Positions 49,858 through 58,798 of a stretch of 64,000 nt of DNA are shown here, in pieces. The stretch's first letter is position 1, and every line of letters starts with the position of its first letter. A program made the translations under genes and the position numbers. The DNA lies in assembly GCA_012521185.1 (NCBI GenBank), contig JAAYMV010000014.1, forward strand, positions 3,082 through 67,081, given 5' to 3'. The DNA comes from Bacillota bacterium. Its GTDB lineage: Bacteria > Bacillota > Limnochordia > Darwinibacteriales > DTU012. Below the pieces are notes generated by a model, which had not been told where the DNA came from, searched no databases, and worked only from the letters and a program-made list of their open reading frames with translations.

Positions 49858-51345
49858 ATGATTAACTTAAAAAATTATGAAGTGTGGTTGGTCGCTGGAA
49901 GTCAGCATCTTTATGGAGAGGAAACACTCCAACAAGTAGAAAAGCATGCTCGTCATATTGCTGATGCTTTAGATCAAAGTAGTTTGATTCCAGTACAAGT
50001 AGTATTTAAGTCCGTACTAACAACAGCCGAAGACATTAAGCGATTATGTTTGGAAGCCAACCTAGCGGAAGACTGTGTTGGATTGATCGCTTGGATGCAT
50101 ACTTTTTCTCCTGCCAAAATGTGGATTGCTGGTTTAAAATCTTTACAGAAGCCTTTTGTCCATTTGCATACTCAGTTTAATCGAGATATCCCTTGGCAGG
50201 ACATTGACATGGATTTTATGAATCTTAACCAATCAGCCCATGGTGGACGGGAATTTGGCTTTATGGCTACTCGGATGGAAATTGAACGTAAAGTTATTGT
50301 TGGGCACTGGCAAGAACCTGTAATTCAAGCTGAATTAGGCGCCTGGGCTAGAGCTGCAGTTGGCTGGCAAGTATGGCAAACTACCAAAGTTGCCCGTTTT
50401 GGCGATAATATGCGTTCAGTTGCTGTTACTGAAGGGGACAAAGTTGAAGCTCAATTACAGCTTGGATATACGGTTAATGGTTATGGAATTGGCGACTTGG
50501 TGCAGGTAATAAATCAAGTAAGTCAAGCAGAAGTAGATGCTTTGGTAGCTGAATATGATACAAATTACCAGGTAGTTGAGGCATTGCAAGCTGGTGGAGC
50601 TAAACGAGATTCATTAGTTGAAGCAGCCCGCATCGAGTTAGGCTTAAAGAAATTCTTAGATGATGGAGGCTATACTGCATTTACTACTACTTTTGAGAAC
50701 CTACATGGTTTAAATCAGTTGCCTGGCTTTGCTGTTCAAAGATTAATGGCTCAAGGATATGGTTTTGGTGCAGAAGGTGACTGGAAAACCGCTGCTTTGT
50801 TAAGAGTTATGAAAGTAATGGCTAGTGGTTTACCAGGTGGTACTTCTTTCATGGAAGACTATACTTACCACTTAGAACCAGGAAGTAATTTAGTGCTTGG
50901 CGCTCATATGTTAGAAGTGTGTGAATCAATTGCTGCCAGTAAACCTTCACTAGAGATTCATCCGCTTTCAATTGGTGGAAAAGCTGATCCTGTTCGTTCG
51001 GTGTTTACTGCCAAAGAAGGATCAGCCATCAATGTTACTTTAGTGGATTTAGGTCATCGCTTCCGAATGATTGTTAATCAGGTGGAAGTGGTTTCCGCAA
51101 GAGAGTTACCAAAATTACCTGTAGCACGGGCATTGTGGAAACCATTACCAGATTTACCAGTCGCTGCTGCTGCTTGGATACTAGCTGGCGGAGCCCATCA
51201 TACTGTTTTTAGCCAAGCCTTAACCATAGCTCATTTAGAAGATTTCGCTGAAATTGCTGGTATCGAGTATTTAGTAATTGATTCTGAGACTGATTTACGC
51301 CGGTTCAAACAGGAACTGCGTTGGAATAAAGCCTATTATGGGTAG
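49858..51345 (+). CDS. araA: L-arabinose isomerase
   Basis: Near-colinear motif match to AraA ([78 protein letters not shown]). Confidence 0.9.
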   Translation: MINLKNYEVWLVAGSQHLYGEETLQQVEKHARHIADALDQSSLIPVQVVFKSVLTTAEDIKRLCLEANLAEDCVGLIAWMHTFSPAKMWIAGLKSLQKPFVHLHTQFNRDIPWQDIDMDFMNLNQSAHGGREFGFMATRMEIERKVIVGHWQEPVIQAELGAWARAAVGWQVWQTTKVARFGDNMRSVAVTEGDKVEAQLQLGYTVNGYGIGDLVQVINQVSQAEVDALVAEYDTNYQVVEALQAGGAKRDSLVEAARIELGLKKFLDDGGYTAFTTTFENLHGLNQLPGFAVQRLMAQGYGFGAEGDWKTAALLRVMKVMASGLPGGTSFMEDYTYHLEPGSNLVLGAHMLEVCESIAASKPSLEIHPLSIGGKADPVRSVFTAKEGSAINVTLVDLGHRFRMIVNQVEVVSARELPKLPVARALWKPLPDLPVAAAAWILAGGAHHTVFSQALTIAHLEDFAEIAGIEYLVIDSETDLRRFKQELRWNKAYYG

Positions 51346-51354
51346 TATTTTCAT

Positions 51355-51395
51355 AACCTTCCTGTCCGAGGACATGGAAGGTTATTTAATTTTTA
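51355..51395 (+). terminator. Rho-independent terminator (imperfect hairpin)
   Basis: AACCTTCCTGTCC-gag-GGACATGGAAGGTT followed by ATTTAATTTTT. Confidence 0.55.
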
Positions 51396-51448
51396 TACGG
51401 ACAAAACAGTTGTAGCAACTGCGAAATTAATTGATGAGAGGTGGGTGA

Positions 51449-52201
51449 ATGGATATCAAAGCAGTTAAACCAAAAATTAGTTATTTGTCATTAATTGTGA
51501 TTACTGTATTTTTCATATTTACGGAAACTATTTCAGCAAGTGTGGTAAACAACCCATTTTATCATCGAATTATTAACGGGAAAACCAATCGTGATGTAAT
51601 AGTAATTGAAAGAATAATGGAAAAAGAATCACCTTACTTTTATAGTAAATTATCAATTCCAGTACTCCATTCCATAACAGAGAATGAACTATTTAAGCAA
51701 TTAAATAAAATGTTTTATGATGGAATTACTTTTTTTTCTCACGAGATCGAGTCTCTTTCTGAAACTCATTTAGAAGAATTGCTTGAAACCCGTGATTTTA
51801 TCCCTCGCTATGATGTAATTGTTGGTTTTGAAGTGCCTTTTAACGCTGGTGGCTTATTAAGTATTAAAGTTTATTTTTATCAATATACTGGCGGAGCCCA
51901 TGGATTTAGTTTTATTGAAACAGTGAATTTAGATTTAACTACTGGCCGGAGTATAGAATTTAATGATTTGTTTGATTCCGCTCAGGCTAGAAAATTTTTA
52001 ATTGATACGATTCAAACAGCTATTAACCAGGATCCCTTTAATTATTTTATTACTGAGGTTGATGAAAGTATTTTAAGTAGGATTCAATCATTTTATATCA
52101 CAGAGGGCAAGATTGTGGTGTATTTCGACCTTTATGAAATTGCTCCATATTCAACAGGTATCCCAGAATTTAGTTTAGATTTAACTAAACTAATTGAATA
52201 A
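51449..52201 (+). CDS. DUF3298/DUF4163-domain protein (RsiV/PdaC-N-terminal-like), membrane-anchored
   Basis: N-terminal TM/signal anchor. YQYTGGAHGFSF motif typical of DUF3298. Confidence 0.5.
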   Translation: MDIKAVKPKISYLSLIVITVFFIFTETISASVVNNPFYHRIINGKTNRDVIVIERIMEKESPYFYSKLSIPVLHSITENELFKQLNKMFYDGITFFSHEIESLSETHLEELLETRDFIPRYDVIVGFEVPFNAGGLLSIKVYFYQYTGGAHGFSFIETVNLDLTTGRSIEFNDLFDSAQARKFLIDTIQTAINQDPFNYFITEVDESILSRIQSFYITEGKIVVYFDLYEIAPYSTGIPEFSLDLTKLIE

Positions 52202-52212
52202 CTAATATATAA

Positions 52213-52240
52213 GCCAGGGCAATATTATGCTCTGGTTTTT
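52213..52240 (+). terminator. Rho-independent terminator
   Basis: CCAGGGC-aatattat-GCTCTGG followed by TTTTT. Confidence 0.65.
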
Positions 52241-52264
52241 CCATAAATAACAATCCTAATTTGT

Positions 52265-52294
52265 TTGACAGTTACTTAGTATATATGATAGAAT
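52265..52294 (+). promoter_or_regulatory. SigA-type promoter
   Basis: TTGACA (52265-52270), 18 nt spacer, TAGAAT (52289-52294). Confidence 0.5.
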
Positions 52295-52386
52295 TTATCA
52301 AACACTGGATGTGATTATTCTAGGATTTCATAGGAGGGATTCCATGTTCCATTTTCCAAAGTGGAAAGATAGGAGGGTGTAATATT

Positions 52387-52794
52387 ATGCGTAAAAATTT
52401 AATAAGTAAGTGGTCTGCTGGCGAACAATTAGGACAATTATTTATGATTGAAGGTACAGGTGGAAATCCGCTAATTGTCACAGAGCTAGGCGATGATCCA
52501 TTAAATAAACAAAGAATACAGTTTTGGTGGAATGAAGGCGATGATGTTATCAAGGGAATTGCAGAAGCCTTAATTACAAATTCTGGAGAACTAACTGAGG
52601 AACTAATGATTGGTTTAGTACTTTCTCAAAGAGGCAGTATATTTTACAGCTGGGTATCAGATATTGTTGAAGGAGATGTAGTGTTAGTTATTTCGCAAGC
52701 TGATCAAAAGATAATGATTGAGCAAGAAAATGTAGTAGGTTTTTTCAGATGGTTAAGGAAGTGCTTCCAACTTATGGAAAAGTTGGTAATGTAA
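52387..52794 (+). CDS. Hypothetical protein (135 aa)
   Basis: Strong RBS GGAGGG. No recognisable family. Confidence 0.35.
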   Translation: MRKNLISKWSAGEQLGQLFMIEGTGGNPLIVTELGDDPLNKQRIQFWWNEGDDVIKGIAEALITNSGELTEELMIGLVLSQRGSIFYSWVSDIVEGDVVLVISQADQKIMIEQENVVGFFRWLRKCFQLMEKLVM

Positions 52795-52964
52795 TACTTA
52801 GGAGGACGATGAATGGATTCATGGTTGCAATTGAATAGGGAAGAATAAAAACGGTCTTGTGTTCATGATTTTTATGAAAGCAGGACCGTTTTGTGTTATA
52901 ATAAAAAAGGCATTTATTTGGCATTATTAGTTATGACTGTCGTTTAGGTGAAAGGAGTATTATC

Positions 52965-53924
52965 ATGAAGGTTGCAGTATTAGGTACCGGAAGATGGGGC
53001 TCATTTTTAGGGTGGTATCTTAATCGAATAAATCATGACGTATTACTGTGGGGTAAAGCCGATTCTCGTGGTTTTCAAGAATTATCTCGCACAAGAAAAA
53101 ATGATTACTTAACGATTGATGACCGAATTACATTATCGAGTGATTTAAATCAGGCGATTAACCATGGAGACGTCCTAGTAATTGCCATAGCCTCCCAGCA
53201 ATTGCGTAATTTAGCTAGACAGTTAAATGAATTTGATTTACAAGGGAAAACTATTGTACTGTGCATGAAAGGTCTTGAGGAGGAAACCGGTAAACGGTTG
53301 ACTCAGATCATTAAAGAGGAAATCCTGTCCCCGTGCGAAGTCGCGATTTGGGTCGGTCCCGGTCATGTGCAAGATTATTTAGCCGGAATACCAAATTGTA
53401 TGGTAATTGGTTCTGACAACATTAATACAACTAAAATGTTGGTACAAGAATTTGCTAGTGATCTAATTCGTTTTTATTATGGACAAGATCTAATTGGTAA
53501 TGAAATTGGAGCAGCTGCTAAAAATGTGATTGGTATAGCCGCAGGTATGCTTGATGGCTTAAGTTATTCTAGCTTAAAAGGTGCTTTAATGGCTCGTGGT
53601 GCTCGTGAAATTTCTCGTTTAGTTAGAGCAATGGGAGGTAATGAGCTAACGGTTTATGGGCTCAGCCATCTTGGTGATTACTCTGCTACCTTGTATTCTA
53701 AATACAGTCATAACCGAGCCTATGGAGAGAGCTTTGTGAAGGGAGAAGAATTTCCAAAGCTGGCAGAAGGGGTAAGCACTGTTAAGGCCTTAATGGTCTT
53801 AGCTAAACGGTATGAGATAGAATTACCAATTTGCGAAAGTGTGTATATTGCAATTAATAAGAAAAAACCCGCAAAAGAGGTTTTATTAGATTTATTTATG
53901 CGCTCGGTCAAATTCGAGTTTTAA
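52965..53924 (+). CDS. NAD(P)H-dependent glycerol-3-phosphate dehydrogenase family protein (GpsA-like, divergent)
   Basis: N-terminal Rossmann VAVLGTGRWGS and a C-terminal GpsA-like helical domain (GNEIGAAAKNVIGIAAGMLDGL). Confidence 0.55.
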   Translation: MKVAVLGTGRWGSFLGWYLNRINHDVLLWGKADSRGFQELSRTRKNDYLTIDDRITLSSDLNQAINHGDVLVIAIASQQLRNLARQLNEFDLQGKTIVLCMKGLEEETGKRLTQIIKEEILSPCEVAIWVGPGHVQDYLAGIPNCMVIGSDNINTTKMLVQEFASDLIRFYYGQDLIGNEIGAAAKNVIGIAAGMLDGLSYSSLKGALMARGAREISRLVRAMGGNELTVYGLSHLGDYSATLYSKYSHNRAYGESFVKGEEFPKLAEGVSTVKALMVLAKRYEIELPICESVYIAINKKKPAKEVLLDLFMRSVKFEF

Positions 53925-53953
53925 CGGCAAGCAAGAAGCTTTGCCGTTTTTTT
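53924..53953 (+). terminator. Rho-independent terminator
   Basis: ACGGCAAGC-aagaa-GCTTTGCCGT followed by TTTTTTT. Confidence 0.65.
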
Positions 53954-54026
53954 GCGTAAACAATAGTAATTATTATTACATATAAGCTTGAGCAGGAAAA
54001 TTGAGTCAGAAACGGATTTTTAGTAA

Positions 54027-54055
54027 TTGTCATATAGAACTAAACAGGATATAAT
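54027..54055 (+). promoter_or_regulatory. SigA-type promoter of the flavodiiron gene
   Basis: TTGTCA (54027-54032), 17 nt spacer, TATAAT (54050-54055). Confidence 0.6.
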
Positions 54056-54088
54056 TTAATCAATATATAAGTTAGGAGGTAAGCAATT

Positions 54089-55279
54089 ATGAGATTGACT
54101 AAAGATATAACTTGGGTTGGAGTCTTGGATCCAGATCTAAGAATTTTTGATGTTGTGGTTCCGACAGAATGGGGCACAACTTACAACTCCTATTTAATTA
54201 AAGCAGAACAAGCCTGCTTAATAGATAATGTGAAATTCGAGTTTACTACAGAGTTTGTTGATAAATTGACTAATGAAATTGATTTGACAGATTTAAAGTA
54301 TTTAGTGGTGAATCACACTGAGCCTGATCATTCTGGCAGCATTAAAGCCTTATTAGAGTTAGCGCCACATTTACAAGTTTATAGTTCGCGAGCTGGGATT
54401 CAGTTTTTACGTGAACAGGTGAATATGGACTTCAATGCTGTAGTAGTCGGTCATAATGATGTGTTAGATTTAGGCGATAAAAAATTAAGATTTATTATGG
54501 CACCATTTTTGCATTGGCCAGATACGATGTTTACTTATTTAGAAGAAGATCAAATTCTCTTTACTTGTGATGGCTTTGGTGCCCACTATTGTGATCCAGA
54601 AGGTCGAATGTTGGAAAGTCAGTTAGATGATTTTACAGAAGCTACCAAACATTATTATGAGTATATTATGAGTCCCTTTAAGCCAAAAATCTTAGAAGCT
54701 ATTGATAAAATTCGTGATCTGCCAATTCGTTTAATTGCTACTGGTCATGGTCCAATTTTAGATCGAGACCCTTGGCGGGTAGTAGATTTGTATCAGCAAT
54801 GGAGTAGTCAAGAGTCAAATGATCAAGAAAAATATGTGTTAGTTGGTTATGTAAGTGCTTATGGTCATACTAAAAAAATGGCTCAGCTAATAGCCGAAGG
54901 TGTGGAAAAACATCGGGGAATAAAAGCTATTTTAGTTGACTTTGCCAATACGAGTTTGGCAGAAATAACTGATAACTTCGAAAAAGTTCAGGGCTTAATT
55001 GTTGGCTCGCCGACAATTAATGCTGATGCTGTAGAACCAGTGTGGCGTGCTTTAAGTCATTTAAGCGGTATTACTGCCAGGGGCAAGCTGGCGGCTAGTT
55101 TCGGAAATTATGGTTGGAGTGGTGAAGCTGCGGAATTAATTGAACAACGTTTAGAAAAAATGCGGTTGGCGATTGTGCAACCCAACTTGAAGCTCAGATT
55201 TGGTTTAACAGAAGCAGATGAAGAACGTTGTCGCCAATTTGGTTATGATTTTGGCAGAGCATTAGTAAAAGAAGAATAG
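54089..55279 (+). CDS. Flavodiiron protein (class A FDP; O2/NO reductase; metallo-β-lactamase + flavodoxin domains)
   Basis: HxExDH diiron motif (NHTEPDHSGS) in the MBL domain. C-terminal flavodoxin (VLVGYVSAYGHTKKMAQ). Confidence 0.85.
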   Translation: MRLTKDITWVGVLDPDLRIFDVVVPTEWGTTYNSYLIKAEQACLIDNVKFEFTTEFVDKLTNEIDLTDLKYLVVNHTEPDHSGSIKALLELAPHLQVYSSRAGIQFLREQVNMDFNAVVVGHNDVLDLGDKKLRFIMAPFLHWPDTMFTYLEEDQILFTCDGFGAHYCDPEGRMLESQLDDFTEATKHYYEYIMSPFKPKILEAIDKIRDLPIRLIATGHGPILDRDPWRVVDLYQQWSSQESNDQEKYVLVGYVSAYGHTKKMAQLIAEGVEKHRGIKAILVDFANTSLAEITDNFEKVQGLIVGSPTINADAVEPVWRALSHLSGITARGKLAASFGNYGWSGEAAELIEQRLEKMRLAIVQPNLKLRFGLTEADEERCRQFGYDFGRALVKEE

Positions 55280-55298
55280 GAGATCAATCAATGATCTC

Positions 55299-56804
55299 CT
55301 ATTTTTTGTTTGGAACACGTTGATATAAGGTTGCTAATTGGCTCAGGTCAGCAATTAACTGCTCGGTTAATAATTGGGGATCATAGCGCCAAGTCCAATT
55401 GCCCGTTGCTTGTCCTGGACGATTCATTCTAGCTTGGCTATCTAGTCTTAATAGATCCTGCAGCGGGATAATAGCCAGTTTGGCTGGTGATGCGTAAGCA
55501 GCTCGAATCAAATCCCAGACAATATCTGTTCCATCAGAGTTTAAATAGTTTTTTACATAGGCTTTAATCTCTGATGACAACTTCTGATACCAGCTGAAGC
55601 TAGTATCGTTGTCGTGAGTACCAGTATAGACTACTGAGTTATATTGATGGTAATGGGGTAAATGGGGATTAGGCTGCAGACTATCAAAAGCAAATTGTAG
55701 TATTTTCATACCAGGTAAACTCCATTGATCTCGCAGCTGAATAACTTCCTCAGTTATAAAACCTAAATCTTCTGCGATAAAGGGTAAGTCATCAAATTGA
55801 TCCACTACCACTTGAAAAAATTTTGAGCCTGGACCTTTCTGCCAAGCTCCCTTAACAGCAGTAGTCTCTCCATGAGGAATTTCCCAGGCTGATTCAAAAC
55901 CACGAAAATGATCGATACGAACTAAGTCCACAAGACTTAGTAACAAAGATAAACGTTTTAACCACCAGTCATAGTTCTGTTCTTGGTGTGCTTCCCATTT
56001 ATACAACGGATTTCCCCACAATTGACCAGTAGGACTAAAGTAATCGGGAGGAACACCAGCTACTACTGTTGGTTGTCCATCACTATTTAACTTAAACAAG
56101 AAGGGATGAACCCACACATCAGCACTATCATGAGCAACAAAAATAGGCAAATCGCCGATTATTTTTATCCCTTGTTTATGGGCATAGGCTTTTAATTGCT
56201 GCCATTGTTTAAAAAATAGATATTGGATAAATTGGTGGTAAGCGATTTCATCAGATAGAACTTGTCTCCAGTATTCAATTGCTTGCGTTTGTCGCCTAGC
56301 TATTTCTGGGGGCCAATTATACCAAGCCTGGTTATTAAATTGCTGCTTTAAGGTCATAAATAGGGCAAAGTCTATTAACCAAAATTGATTGTCTTTGCAG
56401 AAGGCAGTATATTCTTCGACTAGTTTAGTTGGTTTGCGGCGAAGATAATTTTGGAACGCTAAGCTCAGCAATTTGCTTTTCCAAGGAAGAAGCTGGGCAA
56501 AGTCTATTTTTTGCTGAGAAAAATTAGTTGGGACGGTTTGTAAATCCGCAACTGAAAGTAATTGTTCATTAATTAGTTTTTCTAAACTAATCAGCAGAGG
56601 ATTACCAGCAAAGGCTGAATATGGTGTATAAGGTGAATGAAACTGGTCAGTTGGACCAAGAGGTAAGATTTGCCAATAACTTTGTTTAGCAGCAGCCAAA
56701 AAATCAATGAAATCATAAGCACTTTGGCCTAAATCACCGATTCCAAATTGATTTGGCAAGGAGGTTAGATGTAGTAAAACGCCGCAAGCACGCCACTGAG
56801 ACAT
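55299..56804 (-). CDS. malQ: 4-α-glucanotransferase (amylomaltase, GH77)
   Basis: N-terminus RACGVLLHLTSLP…GIGDLG and GH77 catalytic region motifs. 501 aa. Confidence 0.85.
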   Translation of the reverse strand: MSQWRACGVLLHLTSLPNQFGIGDLGQSAYDFIDFLAAAKQSYWQILPLGPTDQFHSPYTPYSAFAGNPLLISLEKLINEQLLSVADLQTVPTNFSQQKIDFAQLLPWKSKLLSLAFQNYLRRKPTKLVEEYTAFCKDNQFWLIDFALFMTLKQQFNNQAWYNWPPEIARRQTQAIEYWRQVLSDEIAYHQFIQYLFFKQWQQLKAYAHKQGIKIIGDLPIFVAHDSADVWVHPFLFKLNSDGQPTVVAGVPPDYFSPTGQLWGNPLYKWEAHQEQNYDWWLKRLSLLLSLVDLVRIDHFRGFESAWEIPHGETTAVKGAWQKGPGSKFFQVVVDQFDDLPFIAEDLGFITEEVIQLRDQWSLPGMKILQFAFDSLQPNPHLPHYHQYNSVVYTGTHDNDTSFSWYQKLSSEIKAYVKNYLNSDGTDIVWDLIRAAYASPAKLAIIPLQDLLRLDSQARMNRPGQATGNWTWRYDPQLLTEQLIADLSQLATLYQRVPNKK

Positions 56805-56889
56805 GACAACCCTCTTTCGTTTTTATCTTATTATTGCCTGATATTGCCCGGGTAATGAAAAAGTAACATAGAACATTGTTCCATGTTAC

Positions 56890-58593
56890 TTAGGCAATTA
56901 GTAGTTTTTCAAATTCTTTTGTTTTTAGTGGCGGGCTAAAGTAATACCCTTGTGCCTCCTTTAGATTGTGAGCTTGTAACAATAGTAATTGGTCAAGGTT
57001 TTCTACGCCTTCAACAATGATATTTAAATTCATCATTCGCGCCATCTTAACGATGGACTGAACAATTACTTGATCTTTATAATTCTGACAAATATTACGA
57101 ATAAAACCGCGATCAATCTTTAAAGTATCGATGGAAATCTGCTGTAAATGACTTAATGGTGAGTATCCTGTACCAAAATCATCGATGGCAATTCGGACGC
57201 CTTTTTCTCTTAAGGAACTAATTTTGTACTTAACAGAATCGTAATTAAGTGTTTTACTTTCGGTTATCTCTAACTCCAAATAGCTAGGATCTAGTCCAGT
57301 TTTTTCTAGAATGGAAATGATGTTCTGATAAAAATCATCCTGGTAAAGTTGAACGACGGAGATGTTTACTGATAATCTTGTTAGCTGATGGCCTTGCTCT
57401 AACCATTGGCGAAATTGAGTGCAGGCATTCTCTAAAATCCAGTTTCCTAAAGGAACAATAAAATTGCTTTCTTCCGCCAGTGGAATAAATTCTAGTGGGG
57501 AAATTAAACCTAGATGGGGATGATTCCATCTTACTAAAGCTTCAGCCCCTATTATTTGATTGGTTTCAATGTCGTATTGTGGTTGGTAATAAATTGCAAA
57601 TTCGGAACCGGCTAATGCTCTTGTAAAAGTTCTTTCCATTAATAATTTACGCATGGCAACTTTTCCCATAGTTTTGGAATACAATTTATAACAATTTCCA
57701 TCACTTCTTTTGGCATAACTCATAGCAATATTAGCAAAGCGAATTAATGAGAACTCATCCATTATATTTCCTTGGTTTGCTAAACAAATGCCAATACTAG
57801 CGGTTATGATCAAATCATGTCCACTAAAAAATATCGGCTCAGAAATATTTTGTAGAATAGCATTAGCAACTGCTTCTATCTCTGAACTAGTTTTCCGTGT
57901 TAAAGTGATCAAAAACTCGTCGCCTCCCAAACGGGAAACAAAATCAGAAGCAGTAATGCTATTACGGAGCCGATAAGCAATTAATTTTAAAATTTGATCG
58001 CCAGTACCGTGGCCTAAAGTATCGTTTACTAGTTTGAAACGATCGAGATTAAGATAAAGAACAGCTATATTTAGTTCTTCACTCTCTAATCGAGCTAAAT
58101 TTTGCTTAAGATGTATGGATAATTGGTTACGATTAGGTAATCGAGTAAGTTGATCGCAGGAAGACATTTCTTGAAGTGATTCATGGACAGATATTTTTTC
58201 GGTAATATCAGTGACCAAACCATGAATTCCCAATAATTTCCCTTGGAAGATAGTTGGAATAGCAGTAACATTGGTATGAATTCGTCTACCGTTTTTGTGA
58301 AGTAAGCAAACTTCAAAGGTTTCGGTATATCCTTGTTTAACTTTTTCGAAGAGCGTGATAGTTTCTCCTAGATCTTCAGGTAAAACCAAGTCTAGAAACA
58401 AAGTATTAATAAGTTCTTCTTCAGAATAGCCGCATAGATTGATCAAGGCTGGATTTACTTCAGTGAAGAAACCGTCTTGATTAATACAAAACATTCCTTC
58501 TGAGCAATGATTAAAGAAGGATATATAAGTATTCATTCTAAATTGGTTTACAGAATTACAAGCTTGGTTTGCTGAATGATCGAATGTGGTCAC
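56890..58593 (-). CDS. PAS-GGDEF-EAL signalling protein (intact GGDEF and EAL motifs)
   Basis: PAS (S-box) segment, RLGGDEFLI, EALVRW and DDFGTGYS. GTG start after GAAGGAG. Confidence 0.85.
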   Translation of the reverse strand: MTTFDHSANQACNSVNQFRMNTYISFFNHCSEGMFCINQDGFFTEVNPALINLCGYSEEELINTLFLDLVLPEDLGETITLFEKVKQGYTETFEVCLLHKNGRRIHTNVTAIPTIFQGKLLGIHGLVTDITEKISVHESLQEMSSCDQLTRLPNRNQLSIHLKQNLARLESEELNIAVLYLNLDRFKLVNDTLGHGTGDQILKLIAYRLRNSITASDFVSRLGGDEFLITLTRKTSSEIEAVANAILQNISEPIFFSGHDLIITASIGICLANQGNIMDEFSLIRFANIAMSYAKRSDGNCYKLYSKTMGKVAMRKLLMERTFTRALAGSEFAIYYQPQYDIETNQIIGAEALVRWNHPHLGLISPLEFIPLAEESNFIVPLGNWILENACTQFRQWLEQGHQLTRLSVNISVVQLYQDDFYQNIISILEKTGLDPSYLELEITESKTLNYDSVKYKISSLREKGVRIAIDDFGTGYSPLSHLQQISIDTLKIDRGFIRNICQNYKDQVIVQSIVKMARMMNLNIIVEGVENLDQLLLLQAHNLKEAQGYYFSPPLKTKEFEKLLIA

Positions 58594-58798
58594 TGAAAGA
58601 TACTCCTTCTATGTTAGGATGACTAATCAAGTTAGAAAACAATCTTTTAATGTATAAATTCCATATTCATAACATAAGTCCTTCCAGAATTCTATCTTTT
58701 TTCTTGAAAATGTGGAGCTAGGAAGGTTAATGAAAAAGTTTGTATAATAAAATTATTAAAGTAAAATTATAACATTGTTGTAAAGGAGGAAAAGGTTG

